The notes beneath the pieces are model-generated. The model was not told where the DNA came from. It saw only the letters and a program-made list of their open reading frames with translations, and made no database searches. Of a DNA stretch of 64,000 nucleotides, positions 49,133 through 58,366 are shown piece by piece. Within the stretch, counting starts at the first letter, position 1; each line of letters starts with the position of its first letter. The stretch comes from Candidatus Doudnabacteria bacterium (lineage in GTDB: Bacteria; Patescibacteriota; Doudnabacteria; UBA920; O2-02-FULL-48-8): the NCBI GenBank assembly GCA_025450105.1, contig JANWIA010000022.1, positions 5,630 through 69,629 of the forward strand, in the 5' to 3' direction. A program made the translations under genes and the position numbers.

Positions 49133-50464
49133 TTATTTCGGTCGGGTCATAAAGTAACCGCCGCCGTCTGTACCGCCGGAAGGACGGGATCGACGTGGAA
49201 AGCGTCTGGAATCTTCAAACCTTGGCTTACGGCCACCGGGTTTAAATTTGCTGCGGGGAAATCCTCCGCGTGACGGAAATTCTCGTCGCGGACGATGTCC
49301 TCTTGGTTCAGAACTTGAACTGGAAGTTGAAACGTCATTGGCTAATGGATGTTTTGGTTTGGCCAATGTCTGCTTAATCATTCTTTCGATTGAAAAAACA
49401 TCGCGGCGTTGATCCGGTGTGGCCAAAGTGATTGCGCGGCCAACCATTCCGGCACGGCCAGTGCGGCCAATGCGATGGACATAGTCATCAGCAGTTGCTG
49501 GCAAATCGTAGTTGATAACTAACTCGATTCCCTTAACGTCGATGCCACGGGCGGCAATGTCGGTTGCAACTAAAACTCGGTAGCGCCCGATTTTAAACCC
49601 ATCCAAAGCTTCACGTCGCTGACCTTGTGATCGGTTGGAATGAATTTCGGAAGAAGTGATTTTTAAATTTCGCAAATAACGGGCAACGTCACGGGCCTTA
49701 TATTTGGTTCTGGTAAAAACTAAAACACTGCCCTTGAATTCTTCCAGCAATGATTTAAGCAAATCGTCTTTTTTATTCTTATCAATGAAAAATAATTCTT
49801 GTGTCACGGTTTCAACAGTTGATCGTGGTGGTGCGACTTCTACCCGCAACGGCAAAGACATGTAGGAATTGGCCAGTGCAATAATTTCCTGTGGCATGGT
49901 TGCGGAAAACAATAAAGTTTGGCGTTTCGACGGAACCTTGGCAATAATTTTTCTAATCTGCGGCTCAAAACCCATATCGAGCATGTGGTCGGCTTCGTCC
50001 AAAACCAAAATGCCGACATTGGACAAGCTCAAATGGCTGTTTTCCAAATGATCATTGAGGCGGCCAGGGGTAGCCACGACGATATGCGGATTTTGGCGCA
50101 ACATCCGCAGTTGGTTGCGCATGGACTCGCCGCCAATCAAAACCGCAGTTTTTAATCCAAGACTGCCGCCGATTTTTTTGAGATTCTCATCTACTTGCAA
50201 CGCCAATTCGCGGGTCGGCAACAAGATCAAACCCTTTTTGCCTTTGTTGCGAACGAGATATTGAATCATTGGTACGCCAAAAGCCAGGGTCTTCCCGGTG
50301 CCGGTTTGGGCAATGCCCATTAAGTCTTTACCTTCAATGGCAATTGGAATGGATTTCAACTGAATCGGTGTTGGAACCTTAAAATTATTTTTGGCTAAAA
50401 TTTCCAAAAGCGTGGGAGCGATTCCCAAATTTCCAAAATTATTTTCTAATATTGTACTAGTCAT
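49133..50464 (-). CDS. DEAD-box RNA helicase (RhlE-like)
   Basis: AQTGTGKT, PTRELA, DEAD, SAT, ARGID, HRIGRTGRAG. Confidence 0.97.
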   Translation of the reverse strand: MTSTILENNFGNLGIAPTLLEILAKNNFKVPTPIQLKSIPIAIEGKDLMGIAQTGTGKTLAFGVPMIQYLVRNKGKKGLILLPTRELALQVDENLKKIGGSLGLKTAVLIGGESMRNQLRMLRQNPHIVVATPGRLNDHLENSHLSLSNVGILVLDEADHMLDMGFEPQIRKIIAKVPSKRQTLLFSATMPQEIIALANSYMSLPLRVEVAPPRSTVETVTQELFFIDKNKKDDLLKSLLEEFKGSVLVFTRTKYKARDVARYLRNLKITSSEIHSNRSQGQRREALDGFKIGRYRVLVATDIAARGIDVKGIELVINYDLPATADDYVHRIGRTGRAGMVGRAITLATPDQRRDVFSIERMIKQTLAKPKHPLANDVSTSSSSSEPRGHRPRREFPSRGGFPRSKFKPGGRKPRFEDSRRFPRRSRPSGGTDGGGYFMTRPK

Positions 50465-50596
50465 TAGTGAGTCTAAGAATGAGGCATTTAGTATACCGGA
50501 ATTTGCCGCTTAAGTCCAGCATGTGAGTACTTGAACTGGAAGCCCAGATGATTTAGAATATGGCAACGAGTTCTGTGACAAGCCCAAGGAGGGCGG

Positions 50597-50983
50597 ATGA
50601 AACTTCTCGCGTTTTTCCTGCTCTTCGTTCTGAGCTTCACTTACCTCCTGTTGATCCTCATGGGTCGGCACACAAAGAAAGACGGAACAAATCTGGACCT
50701 GCACAAGGGACTGGCCACGTTCACGTGGATAATTGCCAGTATCTATATCCTGGCACTAGAAGCCCACTTCGCGATCGCCGGTGTTGCACGCACACGTGAT
50801 GGATTGTTCTTCGTCCACCTCTACATCTTTGCATTCCCCTGGGTTGCAAGCTATCTGGCAATCCTCGCCTGGCTGACAGGTTCCGGAGGTCGCAAAAGAT
50901 TCCATAGGTTCGCGGCTTACGGCAACGCTGTACTTTACCTCGGCATGGCCGTCACTGGCGGCCTACTCATCTATAGGTGGTAA
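50597..50983 (+). CDS. 4-TM membrane protein, DUF420-like (orphan cassette)
   Basis: AGGAGG SD; His residues in TM segments (DLHK, FFVH, RFHR). Confidence 0.6.
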   Translation: MKLLAFFLLFVLSFTYLLLILMGRHTKKDGTNLDLHKGLATFTWIIASIYILALEAHFAIAGVARTRDGLFFVHLYIFAFPWVASYLAILAWLTGSGGRKRFHRFAAYGNAVLYLGMAVTGGLLIYRW

Positions 50984-50986
50984 ACA

Positions 50987-51481
50987 ATGCCAACGTTTCT
51001 AGTAGAAATCTGCAATGGCGTCAGGATTGAAACCACTTCAGATCCGATCCAGTGTTGCCGATCCGATGCAATCATTACCACTATCGACCGGAATCAGAAC
51101 TGGAGCACGCAAACCGACCACGCGATTCAAATGGTCGCAGGATACGGATTCCACTGTAAGATTCGAAACAAACGGCAAAGCATGGTCGACCTCCAAGCCT
51201 ACCTTGCCGAAGCACCGGGTAACAACCGAACCTTCACCAATGTAATCTTCGTAGTCGACCTAATGACGTCACCACTTCAGAAGGTCATTTACGCCGGCTT
51301 GGGGAAGGCAGACCAGGCAAGACTCAAAGTAGTCACAATACCGCGGTTAAGGGCAGACAGCAAAAAGATGCCCTTGCAAACTAAGTCCGCGGTTGAATCT
51401 CAACTTTCGTCGGGCGCGCTGGAGTATCTCTCCAAGAACAAAAAAACGAACCTGACTTCTATCAAATTCGTTTTCGACTGA
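50987..51481 (+). CDS. degenerate macrodomain-like protein
   Basis: DAIITTID...TDHAIQMVAG...VIFVV...VVTIP parallels the macro fold pattern DAIVNAAN...VDGAIHRAAG...VIHAV...SIAFP. Confidence 0.55.
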   Translation: MPTFLVEICNGVRIETTSDPIQCCRSDAIITTIDRNQNWSTQTDHAIQMVAGYGFHCKIRNKRQSMVDLQAYLAEAPGNNRTFTNVIFVVDLMTSPLQKVIYAGLGKADQARLKVVTIPRLRADSKKMPLQTKSAVESQLSSGALEYLSKNKKTNLTSIKFVFD

Positions 51482-51521
51482 CTCTTATGGACCCTAGAGT
51501 ATAAACAAGGGTCCTTTTTAT

Positions 51522-51947
51522 TTAGAAAAGTTTTTTGCCAGATGCAGACCAGCGGTTGTACAGATAATATGCGACGTAAAGATAAAGTAGTCCGACAATA
51601 ATGAATAAGGTTCGGTTGGAAGAAATGGACATGCCGATGTTGCGGCCGAACAATCCGGTGATCCCCAGATTGATACCCGAGATAACCATGATTGCAAACG
51701 CCGCGACGTCAAACGGTTTTTTGCTGGCAAACAATTTACGATGCTGTGACCATTCATATAATAAGTAACCGGATGCCAAACCGGAAATGATCCAGGATAA
51801 AACCAAAAGGGTTCTGGTTAATCCGGACGGAAACGGACCATAAGCGACCAGCGGTGGGATTCCTCCTATGAACAATGCCAATGCGGCAATGACCAAACGG
51901 GCTTCCGACCACAAAAAACTGAACTTTTCGATTTTGTTTCGTTGCAT
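51522..51947 (-). CDS. membrane protein
   Basis: About 4 TM segments; WSEARLVIAA, ISGINLG. Confidence 0.75.
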   Translation of the reverse strand: MQRNKIEKFSFLWSEARLVIAALALFIGGIPPLVAYGPFPSGLTRTLLVLSWIISGLASGYLLYEWSQHRKLFASKKPFDVAAFAIMVISGINLGITGLFGRNIGMSISSNRTLFIIVGLLYLYVAYYLYNRWSASGKKLF

Positions 51948-52040
51948 ATGATTGAACATTAATGCTTGCGTTTATTATAGCAAGAATTATTGATTTCAGT
52001 ATTTTAAATGCTATAATCAAATCGAATTGATAACAATTAT

Positions 52041-52904
52041 ATGAACCAAAACGATCAAATTTACGAGGAAGCGTTTGCGAGAAACAAAGGACTGATTAGT
52101 GATGAGGACCAGCAAAAATTAAAAAATGCCCGCGTGGCAATTGCCGGACTGGGTGCGGTTGGAGGCAGTTATGTCACAACCATGGCCCGTTTGGGCGTTG
52201 GTAAAATAAATATTGCGGATCTGGATATTTTTGAACGGGTTAATCGCAACCGCCAGGCCGGCGCTTTTGAATCGACTATTGGCCAGCCAAAAACATCAGT
52301 TATGGAAAAAATGGCCAAGGACATTTATCCGGGAATGGATGTAAGGATTTTTGATAAAGGAATTACACCGGAGAATATTGATGAATTTTTGGACGGTGTG
52401 GATGTCGTTTTAGACGGAATAGATTTTTTTCAATTTGATGCCCGACAAATGCTTTATCGAAAAGCCCGCGAAAGAAACCTTGCCGTGGTTGGTTCCGCCC
52501 CGCTGGGATTTGGGTCGAGCACAATAACCTTTGGCCCATCAGGCATTAGCTTCGATGAGTATTTTGATATCACTGATAAGCTGACGCCGGAAGAAAAACT
52601 TTTAAAATTCGGAATGGGCATGGGTCCTTCCCTATTGCAGCGTAGTTATTACCCTGTTAAAGTCGTAAATTTCAAGGACCACGCCGCACCATCGTCAATT
52701 CTTTCAATTGTTCTTGCCGCCAACCTCACCGGCACGCAAGCATTTAAAATTTTAACCGGCAAAGAATACACAACCGCACCAACTACAATCCATTTTGACC
52801 CTTATGTCCAACAATTACGAACTGTTGTACTAAAAAAAGGAAACGGAAGCTTTATTCAACGCCTAAAATTCTGGTACGTTAAGAAATATTTACTTTCCAA
52901 ATAA
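52041..52904 (+). CDS. ThiF/E1-family adenylyltransferase (acyl-amino-acid activating subtype)
   Basis: AFARNKGLIS, VAIAGLGAVG, ADLDIFERVNRNRQ, VLDGIDFF, FDPY...GN..IQR tail; no MoeB Zn-site cysteines. Confidence 0.9.
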   Translation: MNQNDQIYEEAFARNKGLISDEDQQKLKNARVAIAGLGAVGGSYVTTMARLGVGKINIADLDIFERVNRNRQAGAFESTIGQPKTSVMEKMAKDIYPGMDVRIFDKGITPENIDEFLDGVDVVLDGIDFFQFDARQMLYRKARERNLAVVGSAPLGFGSSTITFGPSGISFDEYFDITDKLTPEEKLLKFGMGMGPSLLQRSYYPVKVVNFKDHAAPSSILSIVLAANLTGTQAFKILTGKEYTTAPTTIHFDPYVQQLRTVVLKKGNGSFIQRLKFWYVKKYLLSK

Positions 52905-52972
52905 GAAAGATTGACGCTAACTGCCACAAATGATATATTCAACGGCAGTTGGAAGGAGGGTATAGAAACATC

Positions 52973-53668
52973 ATGCAAAAAACAGCAACCTGGACATACG
53001 CAATCACCTGCTACCTCTATCGTGGACTTTCAGTCCTTATAGGAAGGGCTCCAAGCATTCGCGGCAGAGAGAACATCCCTGCGGGCGGTTGCATTGTCGT
53101 TGCCAACCACCGCAGTATCATGGATCCATGGTGCATCTCCTGGTGTTTCACCATGAGCAACGGCATCAAGTGGATGGCAAAAATGGAATCGGTTGACCCC
53201 CGCGACTTTCAAAGACCGGGAGCCGGCTGGATCCGAAACTTCTTTCTGCTGATTGCAGGATGGTTTTCCGCCCAGATCGTCCGCGGATGTGACGTACTGC
53301 TCGTTGATCGCGAAGGTAAAGACCAGGCCCTTAATCTCAAATCGCTTGCTAGAGCCTCCAGGCTCTTGGAAAAGGGTGGGATTGTGGGGATCTTTCCCGA
53401 AGGCGGGATAGACAAAAAGAAGGCCGAAGGGTTCTTCGAAGGGTTTATCTCGTTAGCCAAACGAACTGAAATGCCGATCGTCCCGATCTACATCGACGGG
53501 AAACGAATCGTTATTGGCAAGCCAATCACTTTCGACCTCAAGTGCCACGAACTCAACAACCGGGCACGACTGGCTGCCGATGTCATGAGCCTCATCGATT
53601 CACTCCGAACCGAAGACAACGAGCGCATCAAGCAACTCGTCGCCTCTTTTGCTGGCGCCGGGTATTAA
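52973..53668 (+). CDS. PlsC-type lysophospholipid acyltransferase
   Basis: ANHRSIMD (HX4D), IFPEGG, PIVP; own promoter, AGGAGG SD and terminator (53674-53705). Confidence 0.85.
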   Translation: MQKTATWTYAITCYLYRGLSVLIGRAPSIRGRENIPAGGCIVVANHRSIMDPWCISWCFTMSNGIKWMAKMESVDPRDFQRPGAGWIRNFFLLIAGWFSAQIVRGCDVLLVDREGKDQALNLKSLARASRLLEKGGIVGIFPEGGIDKKKAEGFFEGFISLAKRTEMPIVPIYIDGKRIVIGKPITFDLKCHELNNRARLAADVMSLIDSLRTEDNERIKQLVASFAGAGY

Positions 53669-53718
53669 CAAATCAGCGCAGTCCACTGTAACAAGGACTG
53701 CGCTGTATTCTTTCTACT

Positions 53719-54294
53719 ATGTATATTTTAAAATCTTCGACAATCAATAACCTTGATAAGCCTCAACAACATACGGCAGGACAAGGACTCGCTAAGTTAG
53801 CATGTGCCACACTTGCCCAAACGAAACCATCGGAAGTGCAACTTTTTTATACAACGACTGGCCAACCTCATGCCAAAGTTAAAGACCGGACTTATTCGAT
53901 TTCTATAGCTCATACCAAAAACTTAGTTGCTGCGTTAGCCGCAACATACTCGAAACGAATTGGACTGGATGTAGAATATCCCCGCTCGTTCTCAAATAAA
54001 ATCCTTGCAGCCTTTTTAAACCAACCAGAAATAAAAATATTACGAGAATTATTTCCAAAAAACAAAAAATTGCGCGAAACCCTTGCCTGGTCCTGTAAAG
54101 AAGCATATCTTAAAGCAGCAGGCTTAGGTTTAAGGCAGCATCCTCTAAGTCTCAACATACAAATAAAAAACAAGACAAAATCTAAAATTACCGGAAAAAT
54201 TTTGGATACAAAAAAAGGTCGGGAAGCATTTATCCAGGCCAAATTCACTTCTAAACAAATTATTGCAATTTCATATTATGACACTACCAAATAA
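53719..54294 (+). CDS. 4'-phosphopantetheinyl transferase (Sfp/EntD-type)
   Basis: GQP, SISIAHT, IGLDVE, WSCKEAYLKA.G.GL. Confidence 0.9.
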   Translation: MYILKSSTINNLDKPQQHTAGQGLAKLACATLAQTKPSEVQLFYTTTGQPHAKVKDRTYSISIAHTKNLVAALAATYSKRIGLDVEYPRSFSNKILAAFLNQPEIKILRELFPKNKKLRETLAWSCKEAYLKAAGLGLRQHPLSLNIQIKNKTKSKITGKILDTKKGREAFIQAKFTSKQIIAISYYDTTK

Positions 54295-54535
54295 CCCCAA
54301 GGATTTTGTTTACAATTCAATTCACAAGGTTACCGGCAAACCAGTCGATTCGATCCAGCCTAACGACCTTCTGACCAGTTTAGTCACCGATTCCATTCAA
54401 CTGTTCGAATTAATTCTGGAACTGGAAAACGCTTTTGCAATTGAACCGGATTACGATGAACTGGTAAAAATTCAAACCGTTCAGCAGGCTGTAGAATTCG
54501 TGGAAAAAATCTACGTAACTCAACCTACTCAATAA
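54278..54535 (+). CDS. acyl carrier protein
   Basis: Small acidic protein, DSIQLFELILELENAFAIE, TVQQAVEFV; overlaps the PPTase stop. Confidence 0.9.
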   Translation: MTLPNNPKDFVYNSIHKVTGKPVDSIQPNDLLTSLVTDSIQLFELILELENAFAIEPDYDELVKIQTVQQAVEFVEKIYVTQPTQ

Positions 54536-55574
54536 ATTTTGGCGACTTGCGAACAGATGGCGGGCGGATTTCCGTTTTAGCATATCCAAGACGGACAAAA
54601 AATGTTATGACTTCGTCCTTTACCCCGAGTAGTTTGTAAACATTGCCGGTCACACGGTTGATTATAGACGCCTCCCAATTTGTAATACTTTCCGGAGAAT
54701 TTCCTCGTAATCGAGAATACAAAAATAGCATGCTCGACATTGGTTGCAGAGAAATATCATAGTCGGTTGCAGCTAACCAGACCGACTGCAAGGCCCGTCC
54801 GGTTTCGACATAACTTTCCGCCCAATTATTATGGATGACAAAATAGCCCAACGCCGGGCTTTTTTCGTATATGTGTCGGCGCATCAGGTAACTTGTATAT
54901 TCCAATCCGAACAAACGGAAAAATTTTGTGATCTTCCAACTCTTTAATATCCGCAATAAAAACTTCATCATCGGATTTCTGGTGATCGACCTAATGTGCA
55001 TTCCGTCTTGGGTCCGTTTGAATTCGTCATCGGTCCACCGAATATTGTCGTAAAAATACTTGTGGAGTTCCTGGTTGTCCAAAATCATTTTATCCCCGAC
55101 CGCCAGAAGATCGACAAGTTTTTTAACAAGGCTTCGGCTCTGGATCATTTCGAACCGGACAAAAGGAGGGCGCTGTCCCGCTTCTTGTATTGCCTGGTTC
55201 GCCCGTGCATCAATCCGGTGCTTCAAAAACGGCATGCGGTCAGTAAAACGTTTTTTGATTGATCGGATTGATTCCGGATCAGTCTTCGGCGCATCAGTAA
55301 ATTCAATTCGCGAAATGTGCTTGTAGTCTTTGATATCGGGAAAAACCTTAACCTTCGATGCATAACCTTCCACTGCCGCCAGACGGACTATGTTTTCGAT
55401 CAGTGCCCCGTGGCTGATATAGGTCGCATGCTGCTTAAAATCATACAAGGATGGAGTGGAAGAATCGTAGATGTCCACATAATTTTCCCCTAAACGAAAA
55501 GTCCACGGTTGTTGGTTATCTCCCGAAGGCGCGAAGACGGCATCTGCTAAAATTTTTCTGAAAATTTCCTGCAT
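54525..55574 (-). CDS. nitroreductase-like (Acg/Rv3131-type) flavoprotein
   Basis: AVFAPSGDNQQPWTF, GALIENI, RFTDR, GRALQSVWL.AT...SLQPM, RLGYA. Confidence 0.85.
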   Translation of the reverse strand: MQEIFRKILADAVFAPSGDNQQPWTFRLGENYVDIYDSSTPSLYDFKQHATYISHGALIENIVRLAAVEGYASKVKVFPDIKDYKHISRIEFTDAPKTDPESIRSIKKRFTDRMPFLKHRIDARANQAIQEAGQRPPFVRFEMIQSRSLVKKLVDLLAVGDKMILDNQELHKYFYDNIRWTDDEFKRTQDGMHIRSITRNPMMKFLLRILKSWKITKFFRLFGLEYTSYLMRRHIYEKSPALGYFVIHNNWAESYVETGRALQSVWLAATDYDISLQPMSSMLFLYSRLRGNSPESITNWEASIINRVTGNVYKLLGVKDEVITFFVRLGYAKTEIRPPSVRKSPKFIE

Positions 55575-55626
55575 TGAGTAGGTGGGATTAGTGGTATAAT
55601 TATAACATTATTTTTAAATTGCTCTT

Positions 55627-56244
55627 ATGTACCGATATAGCGTGGCTAAATCACCAACAGACAAACAAGGAGTTTTTGCCCTGATCCGAAAAATTTATGG
55701 AATTGAAGGATATTTAACCGGCAACGGGAGTGCTTTTGATAAATATTTGTTGTTGGAAACTTCCATGGTCTTTCGCGGACTGGTAAACAACAAATTATTC
55801 GGGACAATTTCCGTGGTGACAGATTTAGGACACGGTTTGCCCATGGATATTCTTTATAAAAAGGAACTTGAGGCCTTGCGTCAGCAAGGTAAACTCTTAG
55901 CAGAGGTCACGCAGTTTGCTGTTGACCATGACATCATAAAGCAGGAAGACCTTTTTTTTAATTCCCTAAAGCAACTGACTACCGACCTTCCATTGTTTAA
56001 ACTGGTTTTGGATTTTGCAGCGTTTAAAAATCTTGATTTTTTGTGCATAACAGTTAACCCCCGGCACGCCAAATTTTACCAATCCTTGGGGTTTGTTCAA
56101 TTTGGCGAACTTAAATATTATGAGTCCGTTAACAATGCACCGGCACTATTGTATGTTCTGGATTTGCATGAATTCAAAAATAAAAAATTGCCCGGAATTT
56201 TCAAAACATTGTCCGCGCAGCCTGACTTTAGTTTATTTACTTAA
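55627..56244 (+). CDS. N-acyl amino acid synthase (FeeM/NasY-like), copy 1
   Basis: GTISVV.D...LPMD.LY, LAEVTQFAVD, ITVNPRH..FY..LGF, VNNAPA. Confidence 0.8.
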   Translation: MYRYSVAKSPTDKQGVFALIRKIYGIEGYLTGNGSAFDKYLLLETSMVFRGLVNNKLFGTISVVTDLGHGLPMDILYKKELEALRQQGKLLAEVTQFAVDHDIIKQEDLFFNSLKQLTTDLPLFKLVLDFAAFKNLDFLCITVNPRHAKFYQSLGFVQFGELKYYESVNNAPALLYVLDLHEFKNKKLPGIFKTLSAQPDFSLFT

Positions 56245-56932
56245 GCTCGCTAAAAACGTGCTTGATGTGCTCGTAACAAACCTCGTAACCAGCATCATTT
56301 GGATGCGAGAGGTCGGTGAAAAAATACTTTTTCCTGTCGACAAGCAAAATGTTCGGGTCCTGATCGATCAACAAACAACCGTTACTGGCCGCGACCTTTT
56401 CAAAAACTTCATGGACGCGGGCGGCGCGATAGTTTAAAAAATCCCGTTCCAAAAAGGAGTATAAGGGCATATCACCGGTTTTGCTTGGAACCCAAAAAAC
56501 AATTTGTTTCGATACTGGCTTGAGGTACTCAACTAATTCCTCAAGATTTTTTTTGATCTTTTTCAAACTGGAAAAAGTTACGATATCAATTCCCCCAACC
56601 ATCAAGACCGCCAAATCATAGTGACCTAAATGCTGTTGTTTAAGGTGTTTAATTAACCCCCCAATGTTCAACCGGCTCACAGAATGATTTGTAATATCCG
56701 CAGTTGGCATGTCTCGGCCTAAAATTCCGACCAGGTTCCTTGTCGGGTCGGTAGCGCCAGTGCCGACTAAAAAACTATCGCCGGCAAATAAAATATGGCA
56801 ACTCGGATTTTCTGGATGCTGGGAATAAGGTACAAGCGTTTTGCCCATTAATTTTTTTGGCGAGGCGTAAAAGACAATTCGACTGACTTCGAATAGTACC
56901 AGGCCTGCCAAAATTAGCAAAAAATAAATCAT
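56237..56932 (-). CDS. membrane-anchored SGNH/GDSL hydrolase
   Basis: N-terminal TM; GDSFLVG, VGGID, DLSHPNDAGY. Confidence 0.85.
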   Translation of the reverse strand: MIYFLLILAGLVLFEVSRIVFYASPKKLMGKTLVPYSQHPENPSCHILFAGDSFLVGTGATDPTRNLVGILGRDMPTADITNHSVSRLNIGGLIKHLKQQHLGHYDLAVLMVGGIDIVTFSSLKKIKKNLEELVEYLKPVSKQIVFWVPSKTGDMPLYSFLERDFLNYRAARVHEVFEKVAASNGCLLIDQDPNILLVDRKKYFFTDLSHPNDAGYEVCYEHIKHVFSELK

Positions 56933-56935
56933 AAT

Positions 56936-57661
56936 TTAATAGACCGGTTCTTTAACCTTGACCATGGCTTCACGCAAATGGACATACATTAACCTATAGC
57001 CTTCGTCGTTTGGGTGGTGTTTGTCCTTTGCATAATAACGGTTGCGGTCGCGTAAAAGCAAGTCACTATGCTCTTCCAAAAAATCGATGCCAAATTCCTT
57101 TGCAACGTGTTTAAAGACCCTGCGGACTTTTCGGGAACGGATATTCAAAATCCCAGAAAACGGCCAGTGATAAAGCGGAACCAGTCCAGTGTGACCAGGT
57201 ATAACTAAAATTACTTTTTTACAGTGCCGCATGAGAATGGTTAAGAGCGAACTCAAATTTAATTCCAGGCGCGACAACGGCGTGTGGTTTATAATATCCA
57301 TGCCCCCGACCATGACGATTGCAAGATTGTATCGTCCGAATTCTTCTTTATTTAGCAAATGTTTGACCAACTTGCCGGTGGTTATGCCGTTCTTAGAAAA
57401 ATTCGAAATGTCTAATAACGGAAAATCCTTTGCCAACAAACCGGTAAAAGTTGTTTCTGGCACCGAAGCCCCAACTCCCACAGCATAACTATCCCCAACC
57501 ACCAATATACTGTCTGTGGCATAGGCAGGATGATGCGAAAACGGCACTGGGAAGTGAGAAATGGCCCGGGTAATAATCATTAAATAGGCCAATCGAAACA
57601 TTTCGACCAGCACTATCGGGGCAATTATCCAGAGTAAAACAATTTGTGTTTCAAGTGACAT
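56936..57661 (-). CDS. membrane-anchored SGNH/GDSL hydrolase
   Basis: N-terminal TM; GDSYAVG, VGGMD, DKHHPNDEGY. Confidence 0.85.
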   Translation of the reverse strand: MSLETQIVLLWIIAPIVLVEMFRLAYLMIITRAISHFPVPFSHHPAYATDSILVVGDSYAVGVGASVPETTFTGLLAKDFPLLDISNFSKNGITTGKLVKHLLNKEEFGRYNLAIVMVGGMDIINHTPLSRLELNLSSLLTILMRHCKKVILVIPGHTGLVPLYHWPFSGILNIRSRKVRRVFKHVAKEFGIDFLEEHSDLLLRDRNRYYAKDKHHPNDEGYRLMYVHLREAMVKVKEPVY

Positions 57662-57733
57662 TTTTTGATTAAAATATTTCTTGCATCTATTCTTAATTCA
57701 CATTAGTATTATTATAACATTTATTGATTAAAC

Positions 57734-58354
57734 ATGACGTATAGATACGGAATTGCACGCACAGAATCGGAAAAACGGGAAGCGGTTTCTTTAATCCGAA
57801 AAATTTTCAATCATGTTGGATATTTAAACGGTGACCAAAATGATTTCGAAAAATACTTACTTTTGGATACATCAAGAATTTTTAGCGCCTTTGTAAACGA
57901 AAAGTTATTTGGCACCATTTCTGTTGTTCCTGATTTAAATCAAGATCTGCCGATGGACATCCTTTACGGCCAAGAACTACAACCGTTTCGGCAGCAAGGG
58001 AAGCGTTTGGCCGAAGCCACCCAATTTGCTGTTGATCATGGAAAAGTTAAAGAGGAAGATCCAACTTTTAACTCGTTAAAACAACTCTCCGTTAATCTTC
58101 CACTTTTTAAGCTGATTTTAGATTTTGCCGCGTTCGCCAAGATTGATTGCATTTGTATTACCGTTAATCCTAAACATTCAAAGTTTTATGAGACAATAGG
58201 TTTTGTCCAAATCGGCGGATTAAAATATTATGCTCTCGTAAACAATGCGCCGGCCCTGGCATACATCCTCGACCTTGCTCAATTTAGAAATAGCAAATTG
58301 CCTGGAATGTTAAAATTGCTATCCGAACAGCCTGACCTTAGCTTGTTTACTTAA
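57734..58354 (+). CDS. N-acyl amino acid synthase (FeeM/NasY-like), copy 2
   Basis: Full-length paralog of 55627-56244 (LAEATQFAVD, ITVNPKH..FY, VNNAPA). Confidence 0.8.
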   Translation: MTYRYGIARTESEKREAVSLIRKIFNHVGYLNGDQNDFEKYLLLDTSRIFSAFVNEKLFGTISVVPDLNQDLPMDILYGQELQPFRQQGKRLAEATQFAVDHGKVKEEDPTFNSLKQLSVNLPLFKLILDFAAFAKIDCICITVNPKHSKFYETIGFVQIGGLKYYALVNNAPALAYILDLAQFRNSKLPGMLKLLSEQPDLSLFT

Positions 58355-58366
58355 CGATAATTAATT

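Noticed and set aside
52041-52904. ThiF as a thiamine/molybdopterin enzyme or RiPP (microcin C-like) maturase
   Set aside because: No Zn-site cysteines, sulfur carrier or precursor peptide seen; neighbours point to acyl-amino-acid chemistry
55627-56244. LuxI acyl-homoserine lactone synthase
   Set aside because: Lacks the LuxI R...F...W and E.D..D motifs; matches the FeeM-type VNPxH..FY pattern
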